Origin: Ministeria vibrans ATCC 50519
Lineage: Eukaryota > Protista > Filasterea
Length of the DNA: 40,365 bases
Direction: 5' to 3'
Assembly: GCA_943704425.1 (NCBI GenBank)
Contig: CALSCP010001204.1
Location: forward strand, 1-40,365
In this document: piece after piece, positions 23,373 to 34,118 of the stretch
How positions within the stretch are numbered: position 1 is the stretch's first letter
Layout of the letters: every line of letters starts with the position of its first letter
Notes under the pieces: generated by a model
What the model saw: only the letters and a program-made list of their open reading frames with translations
Database searches by the model: none
What the model was told of the DNA's origin: nothing
Made by a program: the position numbers and the translations under genes

Positions 23373-25293
23373 CTACATTTGCATTTGAGTTGAGTCGGAG
23401 TCGGAGTCAAGCTTGCGCTTTCTTCGCACCTGTGCAATCGGTTCGATGGAGGTAAGGAGTGAGTGTACGGTCAGGGGTATGGAGAGGTGTTGGTTGAGGG
23501 AAAGGATGAGGTCGTCGGGGGAGAGCCTGGGCGTGTGGGACGGATGAGAGTCAAGGTCGACGGAGAGACGACCGCCACGATGAACAACGATAGAGAGACA
23601 GAGTGTGACGGGTGAGGACGGGTGCTGGACGTGCACGTCGAGCTGGGATGGGGCACGACAGACAATTTCCGTGGAGAAGAGGCTGGCAAGAGGTGAGTGG
23701 TCGGACGAGGGAGCGCAGCTGCGCAGGAGCGCATTGAACATGGCCTGTTGACGCAGAAGTTCCAGAATAGAGAGGAGCTGACCGATATGAGCAAAGGGGA
23801 TGCGTGACACGAGAAAGCCTTGTTTGGAGAGGAGACGGTCGAAGAAGACGTGACAGTCACACTGGGCAGAGTGTGAGACGAGCCGGAGGGGCGCAAGAGC
23901 AAACCAGGCGGGAGAGACAGAGAGGGATGTGGTAGCACTGGTCGCAGGAGTGGCAGTGGTCATGCTGGATGATGACAACGTGCGCTCGTGAGACAAGAAG
24001 GCGGCGTCAAAGGCAGTGGGATCGGACGACAGCGACGGCCCATGCGTTGTTGTAACAGACTGTGATCCTGTCATACGAGTCGGAGCAGCGGCAGTGGCAG
24101 GAGCGGCGTCGGGTGAGACGGGTGAGCCTGAGGGAACGGCTGTGGCGCGCTTGAGGTTACGCACAATGGTTTGTGCACACACAATGGGCTGTGCCAGCTC
24201 AAGAACATATGTAAAGTGACTGGCAGTCCCCGAAAGAGCGTCCGCTGACGGTTCTCCAATTTCAACCCGTTGAGCATTTCTATGGATCAATCAATACAAG
24301 AAAGAGAGTGTGTGTGAAACGGTGGTGGCACTTTTGGTGGTTGTTATCCGGCATACTCGAATAGAGAGGGGTCAAAGAGCCTTTTGACAGGCTGGCGGTA
24401 GGATGCGACGGAAGGGTCAAGGGAGATGCGGGCGGTGAGAGCGAGCGGGTCGTGGATGGAGAGGGCAATGGAGGAGAGGGAGGTGTAGCAGGGGTCGATG
24501 GGACGTCCGTGACAGCGCGTCGGGGAAACGTTGTGATCGTGTTCCCACTTAGCAATGGCGTGGAGGTCGTGTGACAAGACTAGAATGGCTTCCAGGTGGA
24601 GAAGGTGCATGCGCAGCTGAGCGAAGAGACCGTCGTTGGCGAGTTGAGCGAGGGCGGGTGCATCCACAGTCGTCTCGTCCGACATGATGTTGGTCTGTTG
24701 TACCGAGCAAGTGGGCAGGCGCTTGTTGGTTGGATCCAACGAGAAGTTGACTACGAGTGTCTCGGTGCACAGCAGCACTTGACGTTCGTGGTCTTCGTCC
24801 ATGGGAAATGCTTCGAAGGGGGTGTTGGCACAACACACTTTGGTCAGGGCCTCTTCGACTTCCTTGGCCGGCCGTATTGCGCCCTGAGCGCGCGCCAGTT
24901 CACGACACACGCCACCCAAGACAGCATCAAAGCGTTTCTGGATCATGGCTTTGTTGGCAGCATCCTGTAGAGCGATCGTCAGTCAGCAGTGCGAAAGAAG
25001 CAAGAAAAAGAAAAAAACGAACCTTGAGAAGTGGAGCAATTCTCGGGCCCCACGGTCGCTGGCGGTGCTGCAGCAGGGCTTGTCGTAACTGTTCAATGTT
25101 CGCTAGAAAGTCGGCACGTGCAACAGCAACAGGGATGCGCGAGAAGGCTGCAGAGACAGATGAGAGCGGTTTCCTTTGACGAGTGTGTCCGCCCCTTACC
25201 ATGTAAAGAGTGGTCATTGACGTCGATCAGGTGTCTTTGACACGATCGAAGTGTCGCCGAGAGGCTATTTACCAGTTCGCCGCAAGTTGACAT
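23373..25293 (-). CDS. MED1: Mediator subunit 1-like (conserved N-terminal Med1 domain, short tail), about 4 exons
   Basis: GFLVSRIPFAHIGQLLSILELLRQQAMFNALLRSC matches the Med1 core (G.lv.kIpF.H....il.lLR.Q...N.L..SC). Also FTYVLELAQPI and a C-terminal basic RRKRK. Confidence 0.72.
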
Positions 25294-25586
25294 GAATTTT
25301 CTGAATTTCTGTTGAGTATTGACTAAGTACTGTCAAGTAGGCAGACTAATTACTTGACACTTCATACAAATTAGTTGAGACTTGGCAATTGACCGTTAGT
25401 CACCTTCTGTTTGGCTGAGGTTAGTGTTTTATCATACTGCAGAATGCATATTTGAAATGTACGTTGTACATTCTGCGATAGCGTTTGCCTTGATCATTGA
25501 AACTCTGATTTGGCTGATACTTCTTGAATGCAATAATTTTGTACAACGCTTTTTACTGACAATAATTGATATTCCAGAGACTAGAA

Positions 25587-26720
25587 TCATGCGCTGGGAG
25601 TAGTGGCGCTATCTGACTGTTGTTGATCAGCCTCCATTTTCAATCGCTCGGCACGAGTCAAGGCCGTGGATCCAAGGTGAGTGAGAAGTGGAGAGCAAGG
25701 ATTGGTGGCACGAATGAGTTCGATTGCCTCCTCCGTGTCCACAGCGCGTTTTGCCTCGTCCAAAGCTCGCTCTCGTTCACCCAGTACAACTCGAATCGAG
25801 CGCATCGATGCGCGAACCTACAAGTGCGTGTTGAGAGCAATCAAGAATTGTTCGATCATAAGTAACTTTTGTGTACCATTCTGTGACGCTCGGGTGAAGG
25901 AAAGAACTGCTTTCTCTTTCTCGCTTCATGCTGCATTGTAGCCAGCATGTTGCGTTCTTTTAAAAGTACAAACCTGCAAAGTCACAGAGAGAGAGAAAGT
26001 GAGAGAGAGAGAGAGAAAGGGAGAGAGAGAGAGAGAGAGAGTGTGTGTGTGTGTGTGTGTGTGAGAGAGCGAGACGCAGGGAGACGTAGAGAAGAACACA
26101 GAGAGACGTAGAGAGACGCAGAGAAGACACAGAAATGAAATAAGCAAAGTGATAGAGAGACAGTGGAAAAAAAAAACACAGACAGAGGGAGAGACAGAGA
26201 CACACAGACGGAGATTGAGGGGGAGACAAACGGACAGACAAGAGAGAAACAGACGTTTGTTGAACGGGAACATCTACTACAAGCACACTGACGCGAACCA
26301 GTCGAGGATACGACTAAAAGGCACGCCTTTCGAGGAGCAATGAGGGAGCGTTGGCCGGAGGAAAGCGGGGAGCGAGGGAAATGCAAAAAGACACGCTAAG
26401 CACTAAACACACTAAGCACGAACACACCACTCACACTAAGCACACGTGCNNNNNNNNNNACGGAAAAAAAAAAAAAAAACACAAAAATCGTCTCACTACT
26501 CTTGTTTTTCTTTTGTCTCGTACCAGAGCTTCTGGAGATCGTCAAAACTCTTGTGTCGAAGGTCGGAAGCGGTCCAGGCACGGCCGACAGTCACAACTTT
26601 TGATTGGTATTCTTCAAAAAACTCATCCATGCTCGAGCGCACTGGCGTGGTCGCTAGCGTCCGTGACGCCGCCGTCAGCTGCGTCCACGCGGGTCGTGAC
26701 AAGCCAGCAAATCGTAACAT
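25587..26720 (-). CDS. MRPL47: Mitochondrial ribosomal protein L47 (uL29m), 3 exons, intron 1 contains a scaffold gap
   Basis: [21 protein letters not shown]|[10 protein letters not shown]...PERH|[15 protein letters not shown], plus a presequence-like N-terminus. Confidence 0.93.
26450..26459. other. Scaffold gap (10 N)
   Basis: N run. Confidence 0.99.
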
Positions 26721-26844
26721 CGCAGCTAACAAAAAATAATTGAAGTCTGAAGAAGATTAATTAGTCATTTAGAAGATCGAACAGAACGACTTACTTCCTT
26801 CCGAGTAATCGCCAATCGAACATAAAACATTTCACAATTTTTCA

Positions 26845-27543
26845 ATGATTCGTCGTCTTTTGTCGGGCAACTGGCGCCAACGATTTTCTCTAGTACAGAA
26901 AGATCGTCTAGCCGGGCAAGATCTGGCTGGGAATCGCTATTACGAATATGATCATCCAGAGTTTCCCAAGCCCAAACGACGCGTTGAGATTGTCGACGAA
27001 ACAGCTCAGCTCGGCGAATGGGAAGTGCCCACGCTTTGGCACTCGTGGCTCCGTGGCACGCGTCAGCAACCACCGACAATGGAAGAGCAGCAACGAGAGG
27101 TGGCGCGACTTGAATTGGCCGCACAATGGCGAGAACAAGAGGTGACGACTTGACTTTGCACATTCACGGTGGTCTGTCGACGTGCTTGTCGCGCCCAACT
27201 TTCTGTTGAGAACTACATGGTTTTCATGTGCGCTATTTGTTCTTTTGTTTTTGAGTTGGTCTTTCGTGTATTATTTTTGTTGTATTTTCATACGATTCAG
27301 TGAGCTCAGCTTTCCTGTCTCTTCCACTCTCACGATACTATTTTTTTTTCTTTTTTTTTTTGCTAGGCTCTGGAGGCCGCTTCCCAGGGCAAGCAAGTGG
27401 CGGCGCACGCTGCAATGCGTGCGTATGAGCTCGAACGCAAAGCCATTCAAGAACCCGAGCCGACGCGTGCAACAGATTTCTTTCAGCCTGGCGCTTGGCA
27501 ACCGGACGCGCCCGAAGAGAAGAAGCAGGACAACAGTCAATAG
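26845..27543 (+). CDS. NDUFAF2: NDUFA12-family complex I assembly factor (NDUFAF2/mimitin-like), 2 exons
   Basis: AGQDLAGNRYYE, RRVE, VPTLWHSWLRGTRQQPPT. Exon 2 ends with FQPGAWQP, typical of the assembly-factor paralogue. Confidence 0.78.
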
Positions 27544-27578
27544 AAAAGTGTTCATAAATGTACAACAATGTTAAAACT

Positions 27579-29683
27579 CTACAGCATTACATGCTCGGAC
27601 TCGGTAGTAGCAGCGCGTAAATACTGCGCACGGAGAGTCTCGAGCACAGACAGCTCAGTGGTATTCTCAGCACGACGACCGTGCTCGGCAAGCACTGTGG
27701 TCTGAGTGGCGTCGAGCGCCTTCTCGTATTGTTCACGGTACGTGTCCAGTTGTGCCTCTTTAAAAGACAGTTTGTGGCACACTCGCTCAGAGCCCAGCAC
27801 TTCCCGTTTGAAATGCCGTACCTGCACAGAAAGGGGAAGAAAAATATGAGTCATTTTTGGTGTGCACTTTTTGAGGTAGAAGTGTTGTCACCTCTTGACG
27901 TCTGAGGAGAGTGATAGCGTCGCCAGTGCGACCAGCACGAGCAGTGCGCCCCACGCGATGAACATAGGTGTGGAGGAAGGCAGGCGCATCGTAGCTGATG
28001 ACGTGCGTGACGGACGGGACGTCAAGGCCGCGCGCGGCGGCGTCACTGCACACGAGCACGCGCACAGTACCGTTGCGGAATGCCGTCAGGGTGTGGGTGC
28101 GCTCTTGTTGGCTCACGTGCGACGAGTATTCGCCCACCGATACACCACCGTACAGTTTCAGGAGCAGGTACAATCTACAGGCAATTGTAATAAAATAAAA
28201 AATATAATTATCATTATATTATGAGAGTTTTTGTTTTGTACCTGTGAGAGGATTCAACGGAGGCAGTAAAAACAAGACAGCTCTTGAGAGTGGGAAGAGT
28301 GGCAAGAAGATGGAGGAGGACAAGGGGTTTGTCGGCGGGACGGCACACGCACATGCTCTCGGTGAGTGTGTCGGGACGTGTCGCTGTGACATCGCCGGTA
28401 GCAGCGTCATCCAGCGCCACTGTTGTGGTTGCTGTACTGCGGCCATGAACGACAATGTAGGTGGGTCGAATGAGTTGAAGCATGGCAATTTTCTCGGGGT
28501 TGTCGGTGAGGGTGGCACTGAAGAGGAGCTTGAAGAGCGGCTCGCGCGCAGGCGAGTGCAAAGCGCCCGGTGTGAGTACCCCTGTGCCGGCAACAGAGAT
28601 GCGTGCCGGAGCCACTGCGTCGTCACAACCGAGAAGTGGTGTGATCTCGGCAGTAGTGGCAACAGCAGCGGAGGCAGCGTGGAGTACACGCGGGAGCCAG
28701 CCTTGGTACGATTGATTCAGGAGGCGGTCTGCCTCGTCGACAACAAGGAAGCGCAAGTGCTGCAGCGAGAACCCTTCGGTGTTTGCAATGTGGTCCACAA
28801 TGCGCCCGGGTGTGGCAATGAGAATGTCAATGCGACATCTGAAAAGAAGAAAAACAGAATAAATTGCAGGAGTCGGCCTGTTTTGTGCATTTTTTGCGTA
28901 CCGTCCTCCGAGATCTGTCGAGTGGGGTGCAAGAGGCCGTACAAGTTGAGCTTGTTCTTTGGAAAACGACGTGTGGCCCGCACAAAGTCCCACCACGAGC
29001 GACGAGCCCACACAAAGCTGATCGACGACGCGCTTTACTTGGAGCGCAAGATCACGGTTTGGCAACACAATGAGTGCACGCAAACGCACAACGGTGCGAC
29101 TGAGAAGCGCATTGACAACCGGCACCGCATAGGCATACGTTTTACCACTTCCCGTAGGCGCACACACGCACAAGTCGCCGGTGTAGTTGCCCAGCGCGGC
29201 ACGACACAATCGTGGAATGACGGCCGCCTGAACAGCAAAGAGTGACTCGACGTCCATCGTGCGCAGTCGCTCAACAATGGAGTCCGCCACATGCGGCCGC
29301 AGCGAATCCAGCGGCTCGCACAATGTCGAAGAGACGGATGTCGGCGATGCCAGCCAGCGAGGCAATGATTCCACAGCGAGTTGTCGTTCTGTGAAAAGTG
29401 AAAGACAGAGTGTCGAAAAAAAAAAAAAAAAAAAAAAACGTGAGGAAAACGCTTTGTGAGTGAACAAGATAGGCGAGCAGAGGGTACTTTGGTCTCGGGA
29501 GAACATGCGTCGCTTGGCGTTGGGGGCAGACTCGGACAGAGACGATGGCAAACCAAACGCTGTCGTCGTCGTCGTCGGATCGATCGTCTCATCCTCATTT
29601 GGCTCCTCGACCGGCGTCTCAGGCGTCTCCTTCTGCACCGAAGAAGCCTCCGGTGACTCGGAACGCAAGCGTTTCTTGCCCAT
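27579..29683 (-). CDS. DDX51: DEAD-box RNA helicase DDX51/Dbp6 (60S biogenesis)
   Basis: LPRWLASP, FAVQ, DLCVCAPTGSGKTYAY, RLRALIVLPNRDLALQV, ATPGRIVDH, DEADRLL, FSAT, LVCSDAAARGLD, YVHRVGRTARAG. Confidence 0.92.
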
Positions 29684-30677
29684 TGATACAGTAAGAAACA
29701 AAGTGAAAGAGAGTAAGAGACGGAGAGAGTTGAAGACGATGATAGGAATGGACTGTGTCAGTAAGAGAGACAGCAAGAAACACCCGCAGGGCAATTAACG
29801 AAATAACCCCCTACAAAGCTACGGATAACGGACTTTCGTCTACCAACCTGTCGTGTCGTATTCTTTGTAGCAGTAAGTGGCCTTAGCTTGTGATTTTATG
29901 GGGGAGGGGAGGGCAGGCGTGCAGGAAACGAACGCGTGACTCTTTGTCACATCCTCCATCCTTGCTCTGTGCCTCCATTGACTTGCTGGGACGCCGCTCA
30001 TTGCCCCCTGATTCAAGCATTGATGCTTCACGTGGCCTTATTGGTTGCTTACGATCGTGATTATGTCCCGATGGTGCTGGGACAGATCAAGCGAACCCCG
30101 TCCATCAACCTCTAAAAATGCTTTGGAGAAAATCTCGCCGAATTGGACATATTGAAGCGCGCTCTTGCTCTCACAGGTACATTACACACACTATATACCT
30201 ATAATTGTCCTTCAAAGGGCGTCGGTAAGCCGCTCTGGCATTTTTAGAAACGCCGCCCGCATTGCATTTCTTGTTATATAAGTCGGAAGCTTGTCCTCCC
30301 AATCATCCCCTACAGAGGGTCAATTTCCCCCCGCTTTTCACCGTATCCTTATAACGGCAGTTTATTCATCACGCCACACTCATGCAAAAGGCCTCACATT
30401 GCTCTACATGGTAGTTTGTGAGGTTTCTTAAACGAATCGCTTTTAATTTGGCGTCCCTTCCGCATAAGGTAAAACATTGTACAGGCAAACTCAGACGCCA
30501 TTATTTCGTCTGTATAGGCACAACATACGTTGAATCACGTTGTCGGTAAACCCGTGCCGTTTTAAGCTCAGGATCCTCAGATCGGCAACATTTCCGAATT
30601 GGATATTCAGTCAAAATCAGTCTTTTTCCTTCTTTTCTCTCCTGGAAGACTCCCTTGGGCCTGCCTTCGTTTTTGCC

Positions 30678-32384
30678 ATGTCTTGTTACTCCACCACATC
30701 TTCCAGCTCCACTCTGAGTGAGTCTCAGACAGGCATCTCAGACCTCCTGTCGCCCGATACGCTTCTCGTACGCTTTTCTGTTCTCTTTTTTTTTTTCAAT
30801 AAAAATTTTTCACGTCTGAAATTTTTTTTCACAACCACAGGGCTTCTCGGACGAAAATGACACGCTTCATGTACGCGATATGGTTGGTAGTGTTCCTGAT
30901 ACTGACCTGACACCGATTTGTTGTGTGTCGGTGTGCAGGGCGATGATTTTCTCGGATGGTTTGACGCTGATGGTCTCGAACGCGTTTCGGACAACTCGAC
31001 CGAGGAAATCGCGCTAAAGCGCGAGGTGTCGAGCCTGCCGGCGGTCACCGAACGCCACCAAAACGAGACGTCTCAAAGTCTCGTGTCCGCGGCGACGGTG
31101 TCACTCAGGGATGGTGAGGTGATCGCAAAAACAGTGAAGCACGAAACATCGCTGGTGTACGCCCCAGAGCCGTCGCGTGCTTCACGGTTCACCTCGGAAC
31201 AAACGACAGTTCTCAGCAGCGGCAGCGACTTAGTCGCTATGCTTCACCACGAAAAGAATCAACTGGCCAACGCTGTCGAATCAGAGGTACTCATTAATTT
31301 TATTATTACGGTTCATGATGTGAACCAAAAAAAAAAAAAAAAGTATCGCATAAGATATCGCCGTGGACCAATGAGAGGTCATGTTGACTTGTACGATGTT
31401 GGACCAATGAGAGGTCGTGCTGACTTGTACAATATTAGGTCAGTCACATTCTCATTTTTTGATTATTATTGCTTGTCTGTAGACCGCACTGGTACTCCTT
31501 CAGTGTCGCCCAAAGAAAATGCTAGTGCCACTCGGGCCCGAGGAGAAGCAATCACTCATTATGCAGGACTATCCAACGGGCGTGATTACGAGCAAGAGTA
31601 TTCGGGAGGTGTATGTGACCATTATGGGCACAGCACGCAATCCGCGCACAGTGGTAAGGTCCGAGTATCTTTCTTTTCAAATTGTGACACGCCCTTTTTT
31701 TTTTCTCTTTTTCTTGCTTCTTATCAGCCTAACAAGGTTGAGGTTTTTGCACCTGAGGCACCGGCCGAACTTGCGGAGACGAGTCTACGACTGATTCCCA
31801 TTGGGAAGCCGGGACCCAATCAGGCGCTGGCGTCGCAGCACTTTTACGTCCCGGATGGCACGTGTGTCACGACGCTGCAGATCAAGTGCACGATGGCGCA
31901 GGAGGCCGTCGATCACACGGGTCTTAAAGAAGTCTTCAAGGTCGTACTTCTTTTCGACGACGGTACGTACCGCGAGCTACACCTCACGAAGATCACCAAG
32001 GCCGGCTACGAAAAACCGACCAAGAAGAATGCGAAGGCGGCCAAGAAGACTACGAAGGCGGCCAAGAAGACTACGAAGGCGACTAAGAAGAACAACGTGG
32101 ATCCCTTGCCCTACCTTTGCGAGGTCGACGGTGCTCACATGTCCTTTCAGAATCTCGCGCACATTTGCAATTTCCCGATGAAAGGCAAGAATAGCAAGTC
32201 CGCAGAGGATGCCAGGCCCACTCGCAAACGCAAGACGGCTTCCGCATCAACAGCTGTACAGCGCATCACCGAGCCAGGCAACTTCCGCGATCACTGGTGG
32301 TCGTTATCCACTGACAACAAGGATTGCCTGCTTGAAAATCTCGTGGGCGACCTGGTCAACCAGGCATCCAGCACGGGTAGTGCA

Positions 32385-32419
<35 letters not shown>

Positions 32420-32729
32420 TACGCGCAAGCGCAAGCGCGAATGCTTGGAAGAAGAAGGAGAGGCGGCGCAGGATGAGGAGGAGGAGGAAGAGGAGGCGAT
32501 TGACAGCGGCATCGAGAGCATGGACACGTCGAGTGACGCCGAAAGCGTTTCAAGTCACGATCGAGGTGTTCGTTGCATTGATCGTTTGGCCCAGCAGGCT
32601 TTTGATACTACTCCTTCGAGTCCTGAAGAGGTAGGCGAAATGACGCAGTCTCTTCGGGAAGTGGTTCGCCCTGGAACACCCGAGCTGGATTTGGAGGAAG
32701 CTGGCTTTCTTCTTCAGTTCAGCTTGTGA
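30678..32729 (+). CDS. Orphan nuclear protein, possible transcription factor (exons 30678-30767, 30841-30870, 30939-31286, 31483-31653, 31728-32729)
   Basis: All four introns are GT-AG and phase 0. The protein has a beta-rich central domain, (KAAKKTT)x3, NLS-like RKRK twice, poly-Ser and an acidic C-terminus. No family firmly recognised. Confidence 0.65.
31364..31435 (+). repeat. 36 bp direct repeat x2 (TGGACCAATGAGAGGTCRTGYTGACTTGTACRATRT) in intron
   Basis: Two copies at 31364 and 31400 with 4 mismatches. Confidence 0.9.
32026..32090 (+). repeat. 21 bp coding tandem repeat encoding (KAAKKTT)-like units
   Basis: GAAGGCGGCCAAGAAGACTAC x~3. Confidence 0.85.
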
Positions 32730-32882
32730 ACTTGTTTTTTTCTCTTCTCTTTTTTTTGTATGCAACCGATTTTTGTTTTTACGTTTTAGTGTTACGTTTT
32801 TTATGGAGTGTACAGAGAAACAGACGAAGAAAGATGAGAAGTGTACAGGGGAAGTGAGGGAGAGAGAGAAAGTGGCAGAGGG

Positions 32883-33371
32883 CTACTTGCCCTTGGTAGA
32901 GAAGGCGGGGAGCCAGGCAGGGCGCGAGAGACTAAAGGGCGAGGAAGTCGAAGCGGATGCTGTTGCAGTGGTGGCGGTAGTGGAGACGGCAGTGGCGGCG
33001 GTCGGAGTGGCTGAGACGGTAGCCGACGCGGACGACGTGGTGGAGATGGTGGATGTGGAAGAGGGCGGACGTGGCGAGACGGTGGTGGAGTGACTCAATG
33101 ATGAGGTGGAGGGTGTGCGTCGATGATGGTGCATTTGCTGGTGTTTAGGAGTGCTATTGTTTGACATAGACGTAACGTCGGCCTCGCCGTCGCCCGGCCG
33201 TTCGCTCATCATGGTGAGCCCTGCTCCATTGCGTTGTCGCTGACCAGCCTTGCTAAATTCCGCGTCGGCCAGACGCACCTTGGCTGACGCAAGCTGCTCT
33301 ACAAGGCTCTGTTGTTCCTCCGCTGCACGCCGCGATTCGCCCTTGAGATCGGTAATTACCATATCCAGCGC

Positions 33372-33407
<36 letters not shown>

Positions 33408-34052
33408 NNNNNNNNNNGGCGGAACTACAGAAACGTCTCAGCGAAATTGATCCATCGCTCTTGCTCTTTCTGCACCGACTTAGAACGTATTATCAACGTG
33501 ATAGCCCTCCCTACACACACATACACACACACTTACCAGAGCACGACCTTTGTCAACCAAGAGCGACCGAAGCCGCTCGGCTTCGGTCGTGACACGCTCC
33601 GCGGAGGCCTGTGCCTTGAGAAGTTTGTCGGCAAGCAAGGTATTTTCACGTTCGAGATCTTTTGTACGACTCGCCAGTGCGCGATTCTCCTGCTGCAAAC
33701 GGCGAATCTCCGACTCTTCCTCTTGCCCCTTCGCTTTGAGTCCCTGGTGCTCGCGCTCAAGCTTAGCCAATTTTCGTCGGTTCACCTTGAAGGTGTGTGT
33801 GAGTCGGAGCAGCTCGGCAACCGCCTCTGGCGTGCCAAAACGCGCCGGAACGTCCGCCTTGAAGTACTGCATAATCTCCTCAAAGGGCATCTGCAGCAGC
33901 TCCGGTGACGCCACCTTGAGCAGCCCCAGTGCCACCCCAAACAACACTTCATGCCCATCCGCAAAAAAATTGTCCAGGATGCGGAAGACGGCTGAATTGC
34001 GAATGGGAAATGTCTTGAAGACACGTCCAAAGGGATCACCGGGAAAGTAGAC
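32883..34052 (-). CDS. TBC-domain Rab GTPase-activating protein (EVI5/RABGAP1-like), 3' part only, cut by the gap at 34053
   Basis: TBC C-terminal motif VFRILDNFFADGHEVLFGVALGLLK..ELLQMPFEEIMQYFK, then KLAKLERE coiled coil and a Ser/Thr-rich tail. Confidence 0.8.
33408..33417. other. Scaffold gap (10 N) next to poly-A
   Basis: N run. Confidence 0.99.
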
Positions 34053-34062
34053 NNNNNNNNNN
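34053..34062. other. Scaffold gap (10 N) followed by A53; probable mis-join point
   Basis: N run between the headless TBC gene and USO1 exon 3. Confidence 0.99.
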
Positions 34063-34116
<54 letters not shown>

Positions 34117-34118
34117 AG

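Noticed and set aside
29825-29842. Minus-strand GAAAGTCC resembling RNase P/MRP P4
   Set aside because: It is only a GAC-GAAA-GTC hairpin; no matching 3' P4 strand was found.
31546-31655. GRDYEQEYSGG as a Rel/NFAT RxxYxxEG recognition loop
   Set aside because: Splice phases show this exon is read in another frame (TALVLLQC...), so the motif exists only in the unspliced ORF.
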